Assembly (NCBI GenBank): GCA_002633005.1
Contig: NMRA01000119.1
Location: 434,001-498,000 of the forward strand
DNA: 64,000 nucleotides
DNA from: Phoronis australis
Taxonomy: Eukaryota; Animalia; Phoronida
Reading direction: 5' to 3'
The notes beneath the pieces were generated by a model that was given only the letters and a program-made list of their open reading frames with translations, was not told the origin of the DNA and ran no database searches. This document shows positions 12,497-25,419 of the stretch, in pieces. The position numbers were made by a program, and so were the translations under genes. How positions within the stretch are numbered: the first letter of the stretch is position 1; every line of letters begins with the position of its first letter.

Positions 12497-13302
12497 ATTA
12501 CGGCGCATTCGTAACGGAACTATGGCTAAGTATAGGCTCTCCCGCGATATCCCAGGCGACCGGCAGTGGCGCTGCGCACTTCGACTCCGTTTCCGTCGTC
12601 TGCTCCACTGTGCAATGAAGAGAATTTACTTCATTTTTTAACGAAAATGGAATCTGAGTGACGATGAAAAAACAGAAGCTGCTGGTAAGATGTGAATTTT
12701 AATCGAAGTCTTAGTAAATCACTCAGAAACTCGCAATACTCTCTTTGTCAAACCTTATCTTAAGACGATTTCCAAAGCAATCCCGTGATTATCAGTGCCA
12801 ACACGAAAAATGGATTTGGTCTTTTGGGCATTTGAAGACGATTTCAAATGCAACAAATTTGTTAAGAACCGATTGCACAAAATGTAAAACGTTTATTAAG
12901 CATTACAAAAAGAAGTAGGTTTCGCGCGCAAACGCTGTGGACCATAAACAAGTAGGTCTTTTATGAGATTAGTAGTCAAATCGTGGTGTTGTAGTGGTAA
13001 CGCACGCGCGCTCTATCCGCCAGGTCGTGAGTTCGAATCTTTGGTACTTGTAGTTTTTCCTGTTAGACACACTCTCCGTGTTTTTTTTTTGCCTTTTTTC
13101 TTGGGTAATACTTCAGGAGTCAAGAAAAATGCTTGGTTTTTAGAGGTAAAAACAGAAAAGTCTCCTGGGCGGGGGGGTTTGCCCCCCCTCCCGACCTCCC
13201 CCTATTTGGTGCAATGCGCATCTACAATCGTTCAGTTTGCACAAATGCTTGCACCCGGACAAGATGTTGGGCCCCCCTTGTAATATCCTAGATCCGCCTC
13301 TG
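12497..13302 (+). mobile_element. About 800-bp non-autonomous element with embedded tRNA-like segment; inverted copy at 47237-48005, partial copy at about 49770-49965
   Basis: Extended colinear identity between 12497-13300 and the reverse complement of 47237-48005; right terminus ctagatccgcctctg; A/B-box-like gtagtggtaacgc...gagttcgaatc at 12990-13040. Confidence 0.85.
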
Positions 13303-14084
13303 AAACATTAACGCTAGTCTTCATACTGATAGCTGGCTCAAGTCGGGAATAAAGACGTACATTACGTGCACGTGTCGGAATGCCATTATGTGAACTAATA
13401 GCGCGTTCGACATCATAATCGCGTTTATTTCAAACGCTTTAGTTTATTTTAGATCTGCACAGCATTGGTTTCCATTCTCTTTTGAAATACGCTTCGTTTT
13501 TGGCATTCGTTCCTGTCTCATCAACCTCACCTAGGATTTAACCCACTTTGTTGGTGCCTTGGACAAGCAATCGGGTTCGTTTCATGAAAATGACTTGTGA
13601 CTGACTCGGAAGACAGGAGTTTAGCCCCACGCTTACACTACACAGTTACTTGGAAATGGTTCAGCCAAGTAAGTACAACGCATCACAATCTAGAAATAAT
13701 TTGCGAAACTTATCACAGCAACGTGCAGTTAGGCTGTTTACTACATGTATTCTCACAGACTTGTTTGTACTTTCGCACACGTGTGATTTAATTTTCAAAA
13801 ATAGTTGTGCGGAGCGTAAGACAAAATTTCCGGTTTTAAATCTTTTTTCGCCAAAGAGAACCCTGGATATGCTGATTGACAGCTATAACGTTGCCGTGTA
13901 CCAAGGCTACATTCGTAACCATTTGTCATTGTAATCTTAACATCAGTTTTTTACTTTATGTATTTGTGTATAATAATTGTATATATTTTTTTGTATGTAT
14001 TTAACCCAGGTACAATGCCTGTTGGCGCTTTCTGGGTATGTATATTTATTGTACTGAATATTTCATAATAAACATTAAAAAAAA

Positions 14085-14540
14085 ACCAAGACTAAGTCAC
14101 ATCTCTTGCAGCACTCGAGAAAAACCTTAACAGTCTCGCAACCCTCGGCGACGATTTGGCAAAACTCATTCCCGAAGAAGAAATAAGACAGCTTTTACGA
14201 AGAATCCATCGAATGTCTCACAACACTTTAAGACCAACCGTTTTAGGCCAGAGGTTTTTTCAAACCGACCTTCCGCACGTACCTCAACCCAGAAGTTCAC
14301 GTACAACCCCTTGAAGGATTTCGCCGTAAATATCTTCATCTTCAAAAGTTTGTCGAGAATGTATTAGGTCACATTTCGGCATTGATACGACGCCAGCATC
14401 CATAGACAATCTGTACAACCAGTTCAGATTCAAAATGTTTCTTGAACTAGATGACACACACGCTCTATCTAACTGATGGATGGTGAGCCTTGCTCTTTTC
14501 TATCTGGTTTCAAGGGGACTCTGAAGTAGTTATATTTTAC
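14085..14540 (+). pseudogene. Decayed BEL/Pao retrotransposon gag-like fragment
   Basis: Frame-broken remnants in the order expected for BEL gag: LP...QKFTYNPL, YDASIHRQSVQPVQ, LMDGEPCSFLSGF. Confidence 0.4.
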
Positions 14541-17500
14541 CAGAAACATCGCACAGAGGTATCGCGATAACGAGAATGAGTAGCCTATTTCTCACAGCCC
14601 GGCTCGCCATTTCTATCCAGTTGGTAAAGTTTGTGTGCTAGTCCCAGCCTGACTAGGTATACTACATGGAGACGGTCTTGCCAGTGTCTTTCATCAAAGT
14701 TCTTTGATTCTGGGATTTCCTATATTTAATATTTTTATTTAAGAAGTTTTAACTTCCTATATTGGCTTCACGGCAGATGTTGATACTGTGAGAGTTGGTG
14801 ACAGATATAATTACCAATTACCTACTATACACTACAGAAATAATATGGCACCACGATATTTTTGATATCAAAGTGGCATATCATTATTTTTCCTTAGTGA
14901 GTCAGTCGCGTATACTCCGATTCTTCCCTTGTCAAAGGAGAACTTCCGTCTCTTGATCTTGACAAATCTTGGATTTTCTTGCATACTCGATTCGGCAGTT
15001 AGTAAAGACTTGTTCCTTCAAATATATCGCCATGGTTTGTCATTCTCAATCTCCTGCCATCGGTGGGTACAACTGATGACGAGCAGAAACCGGAGGCAGC
15101 GTAAAATTGGTAACGACAGGATGAGCGGGTGGTGTGTGCGCGCGTTTTTGTGTGTGCACACCGTTATCTTCCGCCACGGGTGAAACGCTGTTGGCTAAAC
15201 ATAATATTGGCAAGATACGACAACGTTACGCACCCTCGGCAGTACAGAAGGCAGAAAAATATCATTCACAAATTGTATAAGGGAGAGTCTTGAGTGTGAA
15301 AATGGGTGCGCATCCAGCTCATAAAATAGATTTTTTATAACTAGGGAATACATCATTGTCGATGAGAAACGCCGACAAACTTGCCAACACATTTTTACTT
15401 TGATATTCAATTAAGTCGGGTATATAAATGTAAAGTCCAGATTTGTAGAAATCAACGTCTCAGTCTCGGAAACGATAGAAAGACATTTTGATGATCAGAC
15501 TCACATTTCAGGTCTTGTCTAATGGGACTTTTTGACGCTTGACAAAAATGTACGTAGTGTTTTGTAGAGATAAACAGACCAGCCAGGAAAACTGATGTTC
15601 AGTCCCATGAACATCATGTTTTATTAAGAAAAGTAAAATGAATTTTAAAAATTCACCGACGGAACATTTGACATGGTTAAAGTAAGCGTTATTAATATTT
15701 ATTCTCGCTACCTTATATTTATATGAATACCCTAATTAAATATTAAATGAATTGATGAATTGTTTTTTATGTTAAGAACTTTTTTAATTTTTCCACTGTG
15801 TATGCCCGGTCGCAAGTGAATATTTTCCCACCCGACTTTAAACCAGTGAAAACGGGGTTGCTACAACGCCTTTTGATGTAAAATGAGAAATCTTTACTGC
15901 GAAGATTATAAATACCGGTAGTCTCATTCTGTGCTTCTGAAAGTGTTTTTGCCATGAAAGTCAAGTATCTTGCTTGTAAACGCCAACGTTGCGATTTCTT
16001 TCGTCAATCTGCACTTCAAATACATGCGAAATAACCCTTGAATTTAAACACTAAGGTTGCTGTAGAAGAGTATTATGAAGAGCATGGAAACATTGAACAA
16101 ATTTTCTTGGAATGTTGTTTCCTGCGTCATTCCAAGCGTGGAGACAATGGTTTATTTTTAACGGTAGCATTGAGATCGGCCACAAGGTAGCGCATAGATA
16201 GTCCCGACATGTCAATCAACCTATAAAAATTCCAACCAATCAGTCAGCGGGAAAATGTAACCACTGCATCTTTGGCTTACAAGCATTCGTTGCTATCGAA
16301 AAAAAAAATTGCATGCGGCCCAATACTTGAATTGCATTGGCTCAGCCTTTTATCACGGCAATTTGCGAATACACAAATTACGGATTTTGAATCAATACTT
16401 GTTGGTTCATGAAACTTACCGCTGAAACAGATGACACCCCTCACCTGGGCGTACATAGTGGGCCTAGCTCTACGCTTTCTTGTAATATCAACTTGCCAGT
16501 TGCGGATTTCTTTTCGCTAGCTACAACAGATGGCTATCAGAGATTTCTGATTCCTGCTCGTTTTTGTTTTCAGTAAAGGAAACCTCGTGGACAATTGGAG
16601 AACTGCTAATTGTTTTATAACTTCAACCTTTTTATAGGAAAGTCGTTGGTCGTGTCTATTCGTAGGCAAAAACATGAACCTTGTCAAAACTGGCAATTAA
16701 TATGGATGTGAAAATTTTAACTCAATGAGCTGATAACTTGTCCCTTTTCGAGACACGGAATCTACAACTTTTGTTGACGGATGTTTTCTTGCCCCATCAT
16801 CCACTTGTCTTTCTTTAGGGAGTATAATAAAACGGCAGCAGATTCATTTGATTGCAAGCATTCTGCCCCTGTCTTAATCAAGATGTTCTGGCTTAATAGC
16901 ATGAACACATCCACCCTATGCAATCGAATTGGTCCGGAAGGTACGTATAACGTGTTTTAGGCTTCAGCCACCATTTTGTATAATGAATAATGTAGCTCCT
17001 ATCCTTTGGTTTGGACTGCCAGACGCAGGAAACAAGTATAATATTGTTTTCTTAAATCTATTTTTCACACAAACTTGGTCCAGTCCTGGGCATTTCGTCG
17101 ATGTGCTTCAGTCGTCCGTGCATCATTTCGTCAAATGCCACAAATCTCGCAAACTCGAGCTTTGAATGGTGGCGTTTTAGGGACACTGTCCGCTCATCCG
17201 AGTTTAGAGTAGCGGCTGTAGAAACATTCTGTTGTCGAGTCTGTGTCGTTGCTGTCGTCTGCTTCTTTGCTTTCATCGTCAGATGTAACTGGGGTGACGG
17301 ATTCACTACCAAAACTTTGAAAATCAGTAGAATCCGACGAATACTTCTTGCGTTCCACAAGTACAGTCTGAACTGTCGTTGTCTTGACCTCAGATGAGCC
17401 GTTTGGCTGCGACGGCGAATTGTTCTTTGAACGCTGCCATCTTTTTCGAGGTTTTTCTTTTCGTTTTTTCCTATACATCAGTCACGAACAGTTCATTCAA

Positions 17501-18619
17501 CATTCCAAAGCCCATTGCTACCGTAGCCACCGATACTTCTACTTCTTTCTGAAACAATTTTCTTTCCCTTCGCTCTGAGTAAATGACTGATTGTGCCGAT
17601 GTCATCAAAACGTCATGCTTCATGACCTCATTTTGATGTGTTGGACCCAGTCGAATAAAATTAAATTCAATGTCAAGATTACTGTAATTGGGTTATTTTT
17701 AGATTAAATTATTTAGCGCTTTGAAAATTATTACTGAGCTATGGAGCCTGTCAATCTAACTGGCGGTTCTCAACTCTCTCAAGGAGCAAACAATGGGTGT
17801 GCAACCAGCTTTCGGCGCACATCGGTTAACCCGACACACAATCCCATAAAAGCTACAAGTGCTAAACTGCCCCCGTGCCCACCCGAAAGGGAAAAATATT
17901 CAAGACCTGCAAACTTATTGAGACAATGTGACGTGACTGTATTTCTACTGTTATATTCGTGTCAGAACAATGCCAGACACGTTTTCACCAAACATTTGTG
18001 TTCAAATGTCTCTTTTACGTGACAAGTTAGCTGTAAAAAACGTAATGTTTCTTGCATATAAGATTTCCCGCCTTATATTTTCAATGGCACGGGGGGATCT
18101 AACTTAAGCGATCAGGAAAAGCAACTTGAAAAAGACACTTTTGAGATAATTACCCAATAATGGAAGTGTACACCACATTTTAGTACATAACAATGAAGAT
18201 TACAATTTGCCACACGAGAAAGTAAACACCATTGGCACCAATTTACCAAGCCCCAGGTCGTCAACGTTTTCGCCCAAATTTTGAAGTTCCTCCCTTTTCT
18301 ACCACTTGGGCGTATGAACACCTGACGGGCACCCGGTGGGAGAGTTCGTAAGACGGGTATCTCTTTAGGGTTGGGGGTCTCTCCCTAAAGATAAGATTTT
18401 TAACACTTCTTGATCTTTCTGTGAATTTCGTTTCATTCCAATGGTAGTCTATTATAGTCTAAGAGTTTAAACTGCCGAAATCTTTGTTTACTATCACCCA
18501 TACTTTCTTTGAGTACTTTGAAATCCACAAAACTTATACATGAGACCAAAAAGCTAATTTGGCTGAGTGGCAGATGTCGCAGAGCCAGAATCTTTTAACT
18601 TGACAAGTTTGAAGAGACA

Positions 18620-18875
18620 TCGGTTTTACGGCATGAAAAGCATTTTGGGGTTGTTAATGGATGGGATAGACTTCTTGCAGTTATTACCTTTGATCAGAGC
18701 AGTAAAACAACAATAATCTGTTGCGTTTGTGATTTTATTACAAATTGCGAATTCTCGCCGTTGTTTGCCAGGCATTCGCTTAAAATAGTGTCATATAGCG
18801 AGTGGATTTAGCTCCAACAGCAATACGTTTGACTGAGACCGCGGGGGTCGCAGGTTAAATTCCACGCTGAGGCTT
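18620..18875 (+). repeat. Diverged interspersed repeat with tRNA-like segment; inverted copy at about 23727-24008
   Basis: gagtggatttagctcc...ggtcgcaggttaaattccacgctgaggct matches the reverse complement of 23730-23806, and the upstream 200 bp also align; fragment at 42420-42472. Confidence 0.65.
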
Positions 18876-18986
18876 TGAGCCAACTTCGCGGTGTCAGGTC
18901 AAACGGTACGTGGGGCAAACTGAGGATTTTCTCGACAAATACCTGTTCTCGCCGTCGTGTACTCAAATTTATGGCAACTTGAAAAC

Positions 18987-20830
18987 CTCGCTGGTTCCCT
19001 GCGTGCTTAGCCCAGCCAGCACGCAGGTATCACGCAGTGGCACGCGCTTTAGCATTGGTCGATGTAATCTTGGCAGTCATTGGTTAGCTTTACAACACCG
19101 TGAAAAAATGGCGGATTGTGAACGATTTTTAGCCTTGTCATGCAAGTGGCGTCGTACACTCTATCACAGTGCTAAACGAAAGTTAGCACTGTAGAATGTT
19201 GTTTAATATGGCCTCCCATTGGTTAAAGTAATGAAACTGACGTCATAACATTCAGCCATTCCCATTGGTTGAAAGTTGGGAAACCCCTTTCAGTTTACAA
19301 ATTGCGAAGTGTGGCGACCACGGATTTTAGTAGTTGCATTTTATTAAAACGGACAGTGGTGGGAGTGAATGAGACCAAGAAAACCCCAATACAGTGGCTT
19401 AAGCCGAAACAAATCCGATGTACAAAGGTGTGTGTCAGTGGTGGCGATGTGGTCNGTTTGAACATGTATAGTTTTCAAATCTTGTTATATTTTACCAAAT
19501 TTAGACTAGATCTCTCTGTCAGGGATGGACAAGTTCTCAGCCTTCACAAAGCGACCAATTCTCTTGTCATAAATAAATCCAACAACAATCTTCTGAAGAA
19601 ATACTATTCTTTTTATTCTTTAGACAAAAGTGTAGATATTTTTGCCATCACAAACTCATCGGAAATATTGCTTTTGTGTAATTCACGAGTTAGTGGTTTG
19701 CTGCCATTCTTTCGTCGCTATCGTTTTTTGTGTTAATAAACAGGCGCTTGGGTTTATCGCAAATGACGTCACTCAATAATATATATAAGAAAACATAAAG
19801 GTTGGACACTCGAAATCTGTTTGCTCAGAATTTTCTACTCAAATGTGCATGGAACTCCACGAAACTAGCATCGGACAACTCTTAAAATACTTTCTTTCAT
19901 TTGGCGACAAAAATGACAAAAGATTGCCAAAATCGCAAATTCAAGGACGTGATTCCGTGATGTCATGGCAGACGGTCTTCGCACATCCGGGTTTTTGAAG
20001 GACGCTCGCGAGCTAAATTCGAAAGTCTACTTTCGCGCGGCTTTCATAATCAATCCCTCGACTACTTGATCATGAGAAGAAGAGAGCACTTTATTGTCAA
20101 ATAAATGTAATTACTCACATATTTGTGTCAAATATAAATTATCTTGATACTGTATTGATATGCGAAGTTTTTGTGTACTGTGATTTCTTATGAAGGTTTT
20201 ACTTTTGGCCAAAACCATTGAGTTAACTCGTCGGCCACGCGCATTGTAATACTTGCACGGACTGCGTTTCCNCATTTTGTTTACATCGGAAGTAAAACCA
20301 AGGCATGCGCATTGATGCCCACACACGGAATTCCGTGTGTCGGTCATCATGTTTCCACAGGGCCACTTTGCAGTATAGGTGGCGCTGTGTCAGAGGGTAG
20401 TGGCGTCGCAGCAACTATTTCGTTTCTGCAGTGATGTTTAATAGCCGCGTGCTTGAAGCACATACATGCACAATAAACACATATTATGTGGCCGATTTAA
20501 CCGGTGTGTTATTCATACTGTATAAGGACACTGTCGTAAACAAAAGTCATCGACAGTAGAAAGATGCATTCCGAAAAGGCTCAGTCACAATTTCTAGGCT
20601 TCACATTTCCTGAACATAAATTTTAAGCACCGATTTGTCTGTACAACAGACCACATTTACACTTCAGTCCATCAGTCATGCCAGTTTGTTAGCGCAAAGC
20701 GCTGCCTGTTGAGAATTCGACTAGCCAATCAGAAACGCCGGTGTAAAATAATTTACCGAGGAAAATTAAGTGATACCTGCGTGCTGGCGCGGCTACCGCC
20801 CCACCTAGCGGCACGCAGGGAACCAGCGAG
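18987..20830. mobile_element. Non-autonomous DNA transposon with 20-bp TIRs and 9-bp TSD (Mutator-like TSD length)
   Basis: TIR ctcgctggttccctgcgtgc / gcacgcagggaaccagcgag; perfect TSD cttgaaaac at 18978-18986 and 20831-20839; interior interrupted by two N. Confidence 0.88.
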
Positions 20831-21732
20831 CTTGAAAACTTGAACATGTAAAGTTTTCAAATCTTGTTTTATTTTACCAAATTTAGACTAGATCTCTCTG
20901 TCAGGGATGGACAAGTTCTCAGCCTCCACAAAGCGACCAATTCTCTTGTCATGATAAATAAACCCAACAACAATCTTAGAAGAAATACTATTCTTTTTAT
21001 TCCTTAGACAAAAGTGCAGATATTTTTGCCATCACAAACTCATGTTAATGGTTTGCTGCCATTTTTTCGTCGCTATCGTTTTTTGTGTTAATACAGTCGA
21101 GTCTCATATCTTTGGTTGGTTGTGACACATGACTTAGCTTTTCGCATGAATATATTTCGTGGTTTGACGTCTCTGCGATACTTTGTTTGAAACGTTTCTC
21201 GGCAAGTTTGTAGTTCAACATAATTCCCCGCCTAAATTGTTGACAATGCCAGACGACTATCTATATGAAGCCATCCTGGGAGAGCCCTTAATTCGAGAAG
21301 CTACATAATTTAGAAACAGGAAAAATAACATTCTTAATTGTTACGTTCCAAAACATGCATGCATGATGTACTAATGGGTAATCAAATATAGTTGAAGCAA
21401 AAAAAATAACGCAGGAAGATGAAAAAACAACAAAAGTACTCGTTTAGAACTATTATAAATCTCAAGTGACGTATTTTATGTGTGTTGGCAGCAAGTTTTC
21501 GCTTAATAATGCAGGTGTTGCATCGCCTATGTCATTCTGCGGACACAAAATCTGGTGTCTTTCCAAGTGTATGAGAGGATTATCAGAAAGTCAGAATACG
21601 CAGAAGTGTGTAGTGTTTAATGCAATTGCTTTCGGAAATCTTTTGTAGAATTACAGTCTTGTCAATTTTATAATAATAATAAAAAGTGTAATTGCCTAAT
21701 TATATGAGTATTTCTTCTAGGCTTTTGTTTAA

Positions 21733-22129
21733 GGGAGTATTCACACATAACGTCATCCAAAATTTGCTACTTTTNCCTTCTGTCATCACCCGTCATCATG
21801 ATGTAAAGCACCCAGCTTCTAATTACGTCATCACATCTAATCCCTCTGCTTAGGCAGTGATGGAGTGGGTCTCTCGTTTGTCTGTGTACAGGCTTACATG
21901 GTAAATTTACTGAAATGTGATCAAATCTTGGAAGCGTGAAACGGCAGGTACGGGTTTCGTAATTAGTCAGTTCCGCTGGATGAACCTGTTTCCTAACGGT
22001 ATGAACAGTGAAGGAGATATTCTAAACAAACCACGTGATGCCATCACCATGAATCTAACCCCTCCCCCTATCATAAATCGTCATCTTTTCCAAACCCCCT
22101 CGACTGATGACGTAATGTGTGAACGCTCC
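21733..22129. mobile_element. MITE with about 25-bp imperfect TIRs flanked by (T)TAA (Harbinger/Tourist-like)
   Basis: gggagtattcacacataacgtcatc ... gatgacgtaatgtgtgaacgctcc, with ttaa on both sides. Confidence 0.75.
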
Positions 22130-23279
22130 TTAAATGGAAAGCGACCGTTTTTGAGCTTGCCTGTAGTGAAATTACTGATCTCTAGTAATCTTGGAGACAC
22201 ATTTTCCTGCTAAAGCAGTTAAAACAAAGATATTTCTGACACGAGACTTCACTACGCCCTCTCATGGGATCTCGGAGTACTATTGAGCCAATGGTGAAGA
22301 GAAGTGAGTACGTAATTTCCATGGAACAATTGAATGTGACGAGGACGGTCCAACAAAAGGTACGTTTGGCTCTGCATTATGTACCCTACAAAAATGGCCA
22401 AATTTGGCTAATTTTGGAACATCATATCTCAGAAATGGCTAATTGGATTCACATGAAACTTATAGATTCTACTGCTTTGTGCACTGTTCTAATAAACTCT
22501 ATTAGGAATTGCTTTTAAAATACCCACTTTTAGATGAGGGTCTTCTATGATTTTCGTGAAGAAATTTTAAAGTTGCATAAAACGAAAACGAGATATTTTT
22601 GAAAACTGTGATAGCGTTTCTGAGATCGTACCATGAACATTTACATCAAATAAAGTTCATACCTTTAGTATGCTAACAATGTGCATTTCGTTTTGCGTAA
22701 GTTACAACAGATATGGTCACGTGACACAACTATTAACAGGTTGATAAAAAGTCAAAAATGAAACTCCACAGGCTTTCTTCTTTCAGAAAGTACATGCTTT
22801 TACTGGTTTAAATATACAGTTTGCTACATGCAAATGCTTGCCGATAAGGCTCTACATAACCAGCCTAGTCAAGACGAAAATTGTATAGTTCACAGACACC
22901 TGCCAAGAGAATATGATTATGTTAACATTAAAAATGATTTTCCAAAGAAATAAGCTAATCAAAAATGGTAATACAATCTTGCAATCCCAAAAGTATGTAT
23001 ATGCCAGACTCAAGGACGTCGTTGCGAACAGGACTAATCGAGGCAAATCGACCCGGCCTCTAACTCAGTCGACTAGGAACGCCCGGGTTATGTTACCGAA
23101 ATGGCGAAATCTTGGAGATTAGCGAGAGTCGCGTTTTGGATGGGTCAATGAAACACATATCCACAAACAAGTCAATTTACACAATGTTTCAGTTGCATTA
23201 GGAGCATCTTTTCTCGGAAACATCGCATGCACAATAAATAGCCAATTGTCGCTGTTCTATCAGGGTCTATTTATGATTA

Positions 23280-23410
23280 CAGAGAAAACAGGAGAGAAGG
23301 GGTTCGGAAAGGAGAAAAAGAGAGGGAGCGAGAGAAGAATAGACAGTGGGGAGGGGGAGAGGCTTGCGAGAGATCGGGAGAGAGATCGAGGGGGGGGGAG
23401 AAGGAGGAAG
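23280..23410 (+). repeat. Polypurine (GA-rich) low-complexity tract
   Basis: Almost exclusively G/A over 130 bp. Confidence 0.8.
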
Positions 23411-25419
23411 TTGGTACAAATATACACTCAAATGCACCTTTACACCCGAATGTATTGTGTTTACATGGGAAAAATACATACCGTAACAGGGGCGGATCCA
23501 GGATTTTGAGTGGGGTGGGGACAGGGCAGAGTATTAGCCAGGATTTTTCCAGTGAGACATTCGCACCCCCGAACTGGCAAATGGAATCTGGAAGAATTTT
23601 AGGGGGCGTGTCCTCCATGGCCCCCTTTAAATCCTCCACTGTGTAAAAAGCAAACACTCTACGGAAATTTACATTCGAGTACTAACAGCATATAAACGGG
23701 GCTGAGGGACAAATTAAATTTCTGAGATCAGCCTCAACGCGGAATCGAGCCTAGTATACCTGAGGTCGCTTTCTAACGCTCTGCTGGCGGAGATAAATCC
23801 CACTCGACAAACAGCAGAGTCTTTTAAACGCATTTAACTGGTAACTGATTTCACCGAATGACCTGCGAAATTAGTGATTTGTAATAAAATTACAAAACAC
23901 AACAGATTTTGTTGCTTTGTAGCTCTACTGTTCAAACCTAATAACTTCAAGATGTCTATCCATCCTGCAACAATTCCAAAACAGCGTTTTTCGGCAGTAA
24001 AACCGATCCTGCCCTTTAAAGGTATACAGCGCGCCTTTCGAATTTTCTGCAGACTACGTGTACATTAATGGCAAGATTTTTTAAACCTTGTATTTCGATA
24101 GTAAGTGATTTTATGCTATTCTCGAAGACATGCCTATTTTTTTGCACCTATGCCTGACGAGAACTTCGCGAGAGCCCTGGAAACAGGCTAGAGTTTGCGG
24201 CACTTTCCTAAGAAATTTTTCTTAATTTATGCTTGCCAAGGTGAAATCCGTTTTTCCGGTGGCATCCAGTTACGGTTTAAAAGTACAATTAATCTGTAGG
24301 CTACTTTAAAAATGGTAGAAATCGTAGTCACATACGTTTTTAAATACCGTAATCTAGCAGCTTGTAAACGTCGAAACTTATAGATATATACTGGACCGAC
24401 AAGCACACGGTCATACACAACGAATGAAAATTTCAACGATAATTTAGAATGGTGTCGAACCTAAGTTGCTTCCACAGGGCTGTCAGTTTAACGCCCTCAC
24501 GGTCCGCACGGGCGTTCTCACAAACAGCGTCGTTTTCTCACCATGTCATTCTTTTCTTACGAGTTGAAGTTATTTTCGTATCAACCACTTACTCTCAATT
24601 TTTTTCTCGTTCACCTTTTTGGACAGGTCGTAAGCCTAATAGCAACTCCTTGTCTCTCTCCATGACCTGAGTTCCTTGCACGTCAGTTCAAGAACGATTC
24701 ATAAATGACGGTCTCGTTGTCCTTGAAAACGCATCGACACCACCTGAGCGTAAAATCGTTGTTACTTTGTATGGTTGTTCTTTGATTCTCATTTTGGTTC
24801 TTTTTATGCTGATTTGATATTGTATTGACGTGTAACATTAAATGAAATCGTAAGTTGAACATGAATTCTGTATTATGAATTGTCTACGGATTTCGTTAGG
24901 ATAACATGTTTCTACACTTTAATAAGCGTTGAAATCACGTGCACTTACTGTAGGTCTTTAACGTTTGACATTGGACCTTTTTGTTCTCGTGGTTATACCA
25001 TTAGTACAAAGCGTACCCTGGCGAGTGGTCACGAGCTAAATCTCGCACGCCAGAGGAACCCAGTACCAATCTCCAACTCAGTTTAGATGTTTAGAATGAC
25101 CCACTGTAGCATTTTAAATGTTATTTGTAGAGATTTATGTCTTGTCCGCGAACAAGTCGCCCTCTAACCATGGTGTATTTCAATCCGAAATCACAGAAGT
25201 GCCAAGAAACCATAATTGTTCCGGAGAAAAGAAATCCGTTCACGAGAAAACGAAATGTGGCCAACTGCCGCCAAAAACAAAGGAGCTGGCCAGGGTACAA
25301 AATGGGTTGCAGTTAAATAGAAATGAACTACAACTCGCAAGAAAAGAATTTACATTACGCCTAATGGGAGAAGCTCACTGTTAATGAGAACACCCGTGCG
25401 GACTATGAGGAAGGAGGTT

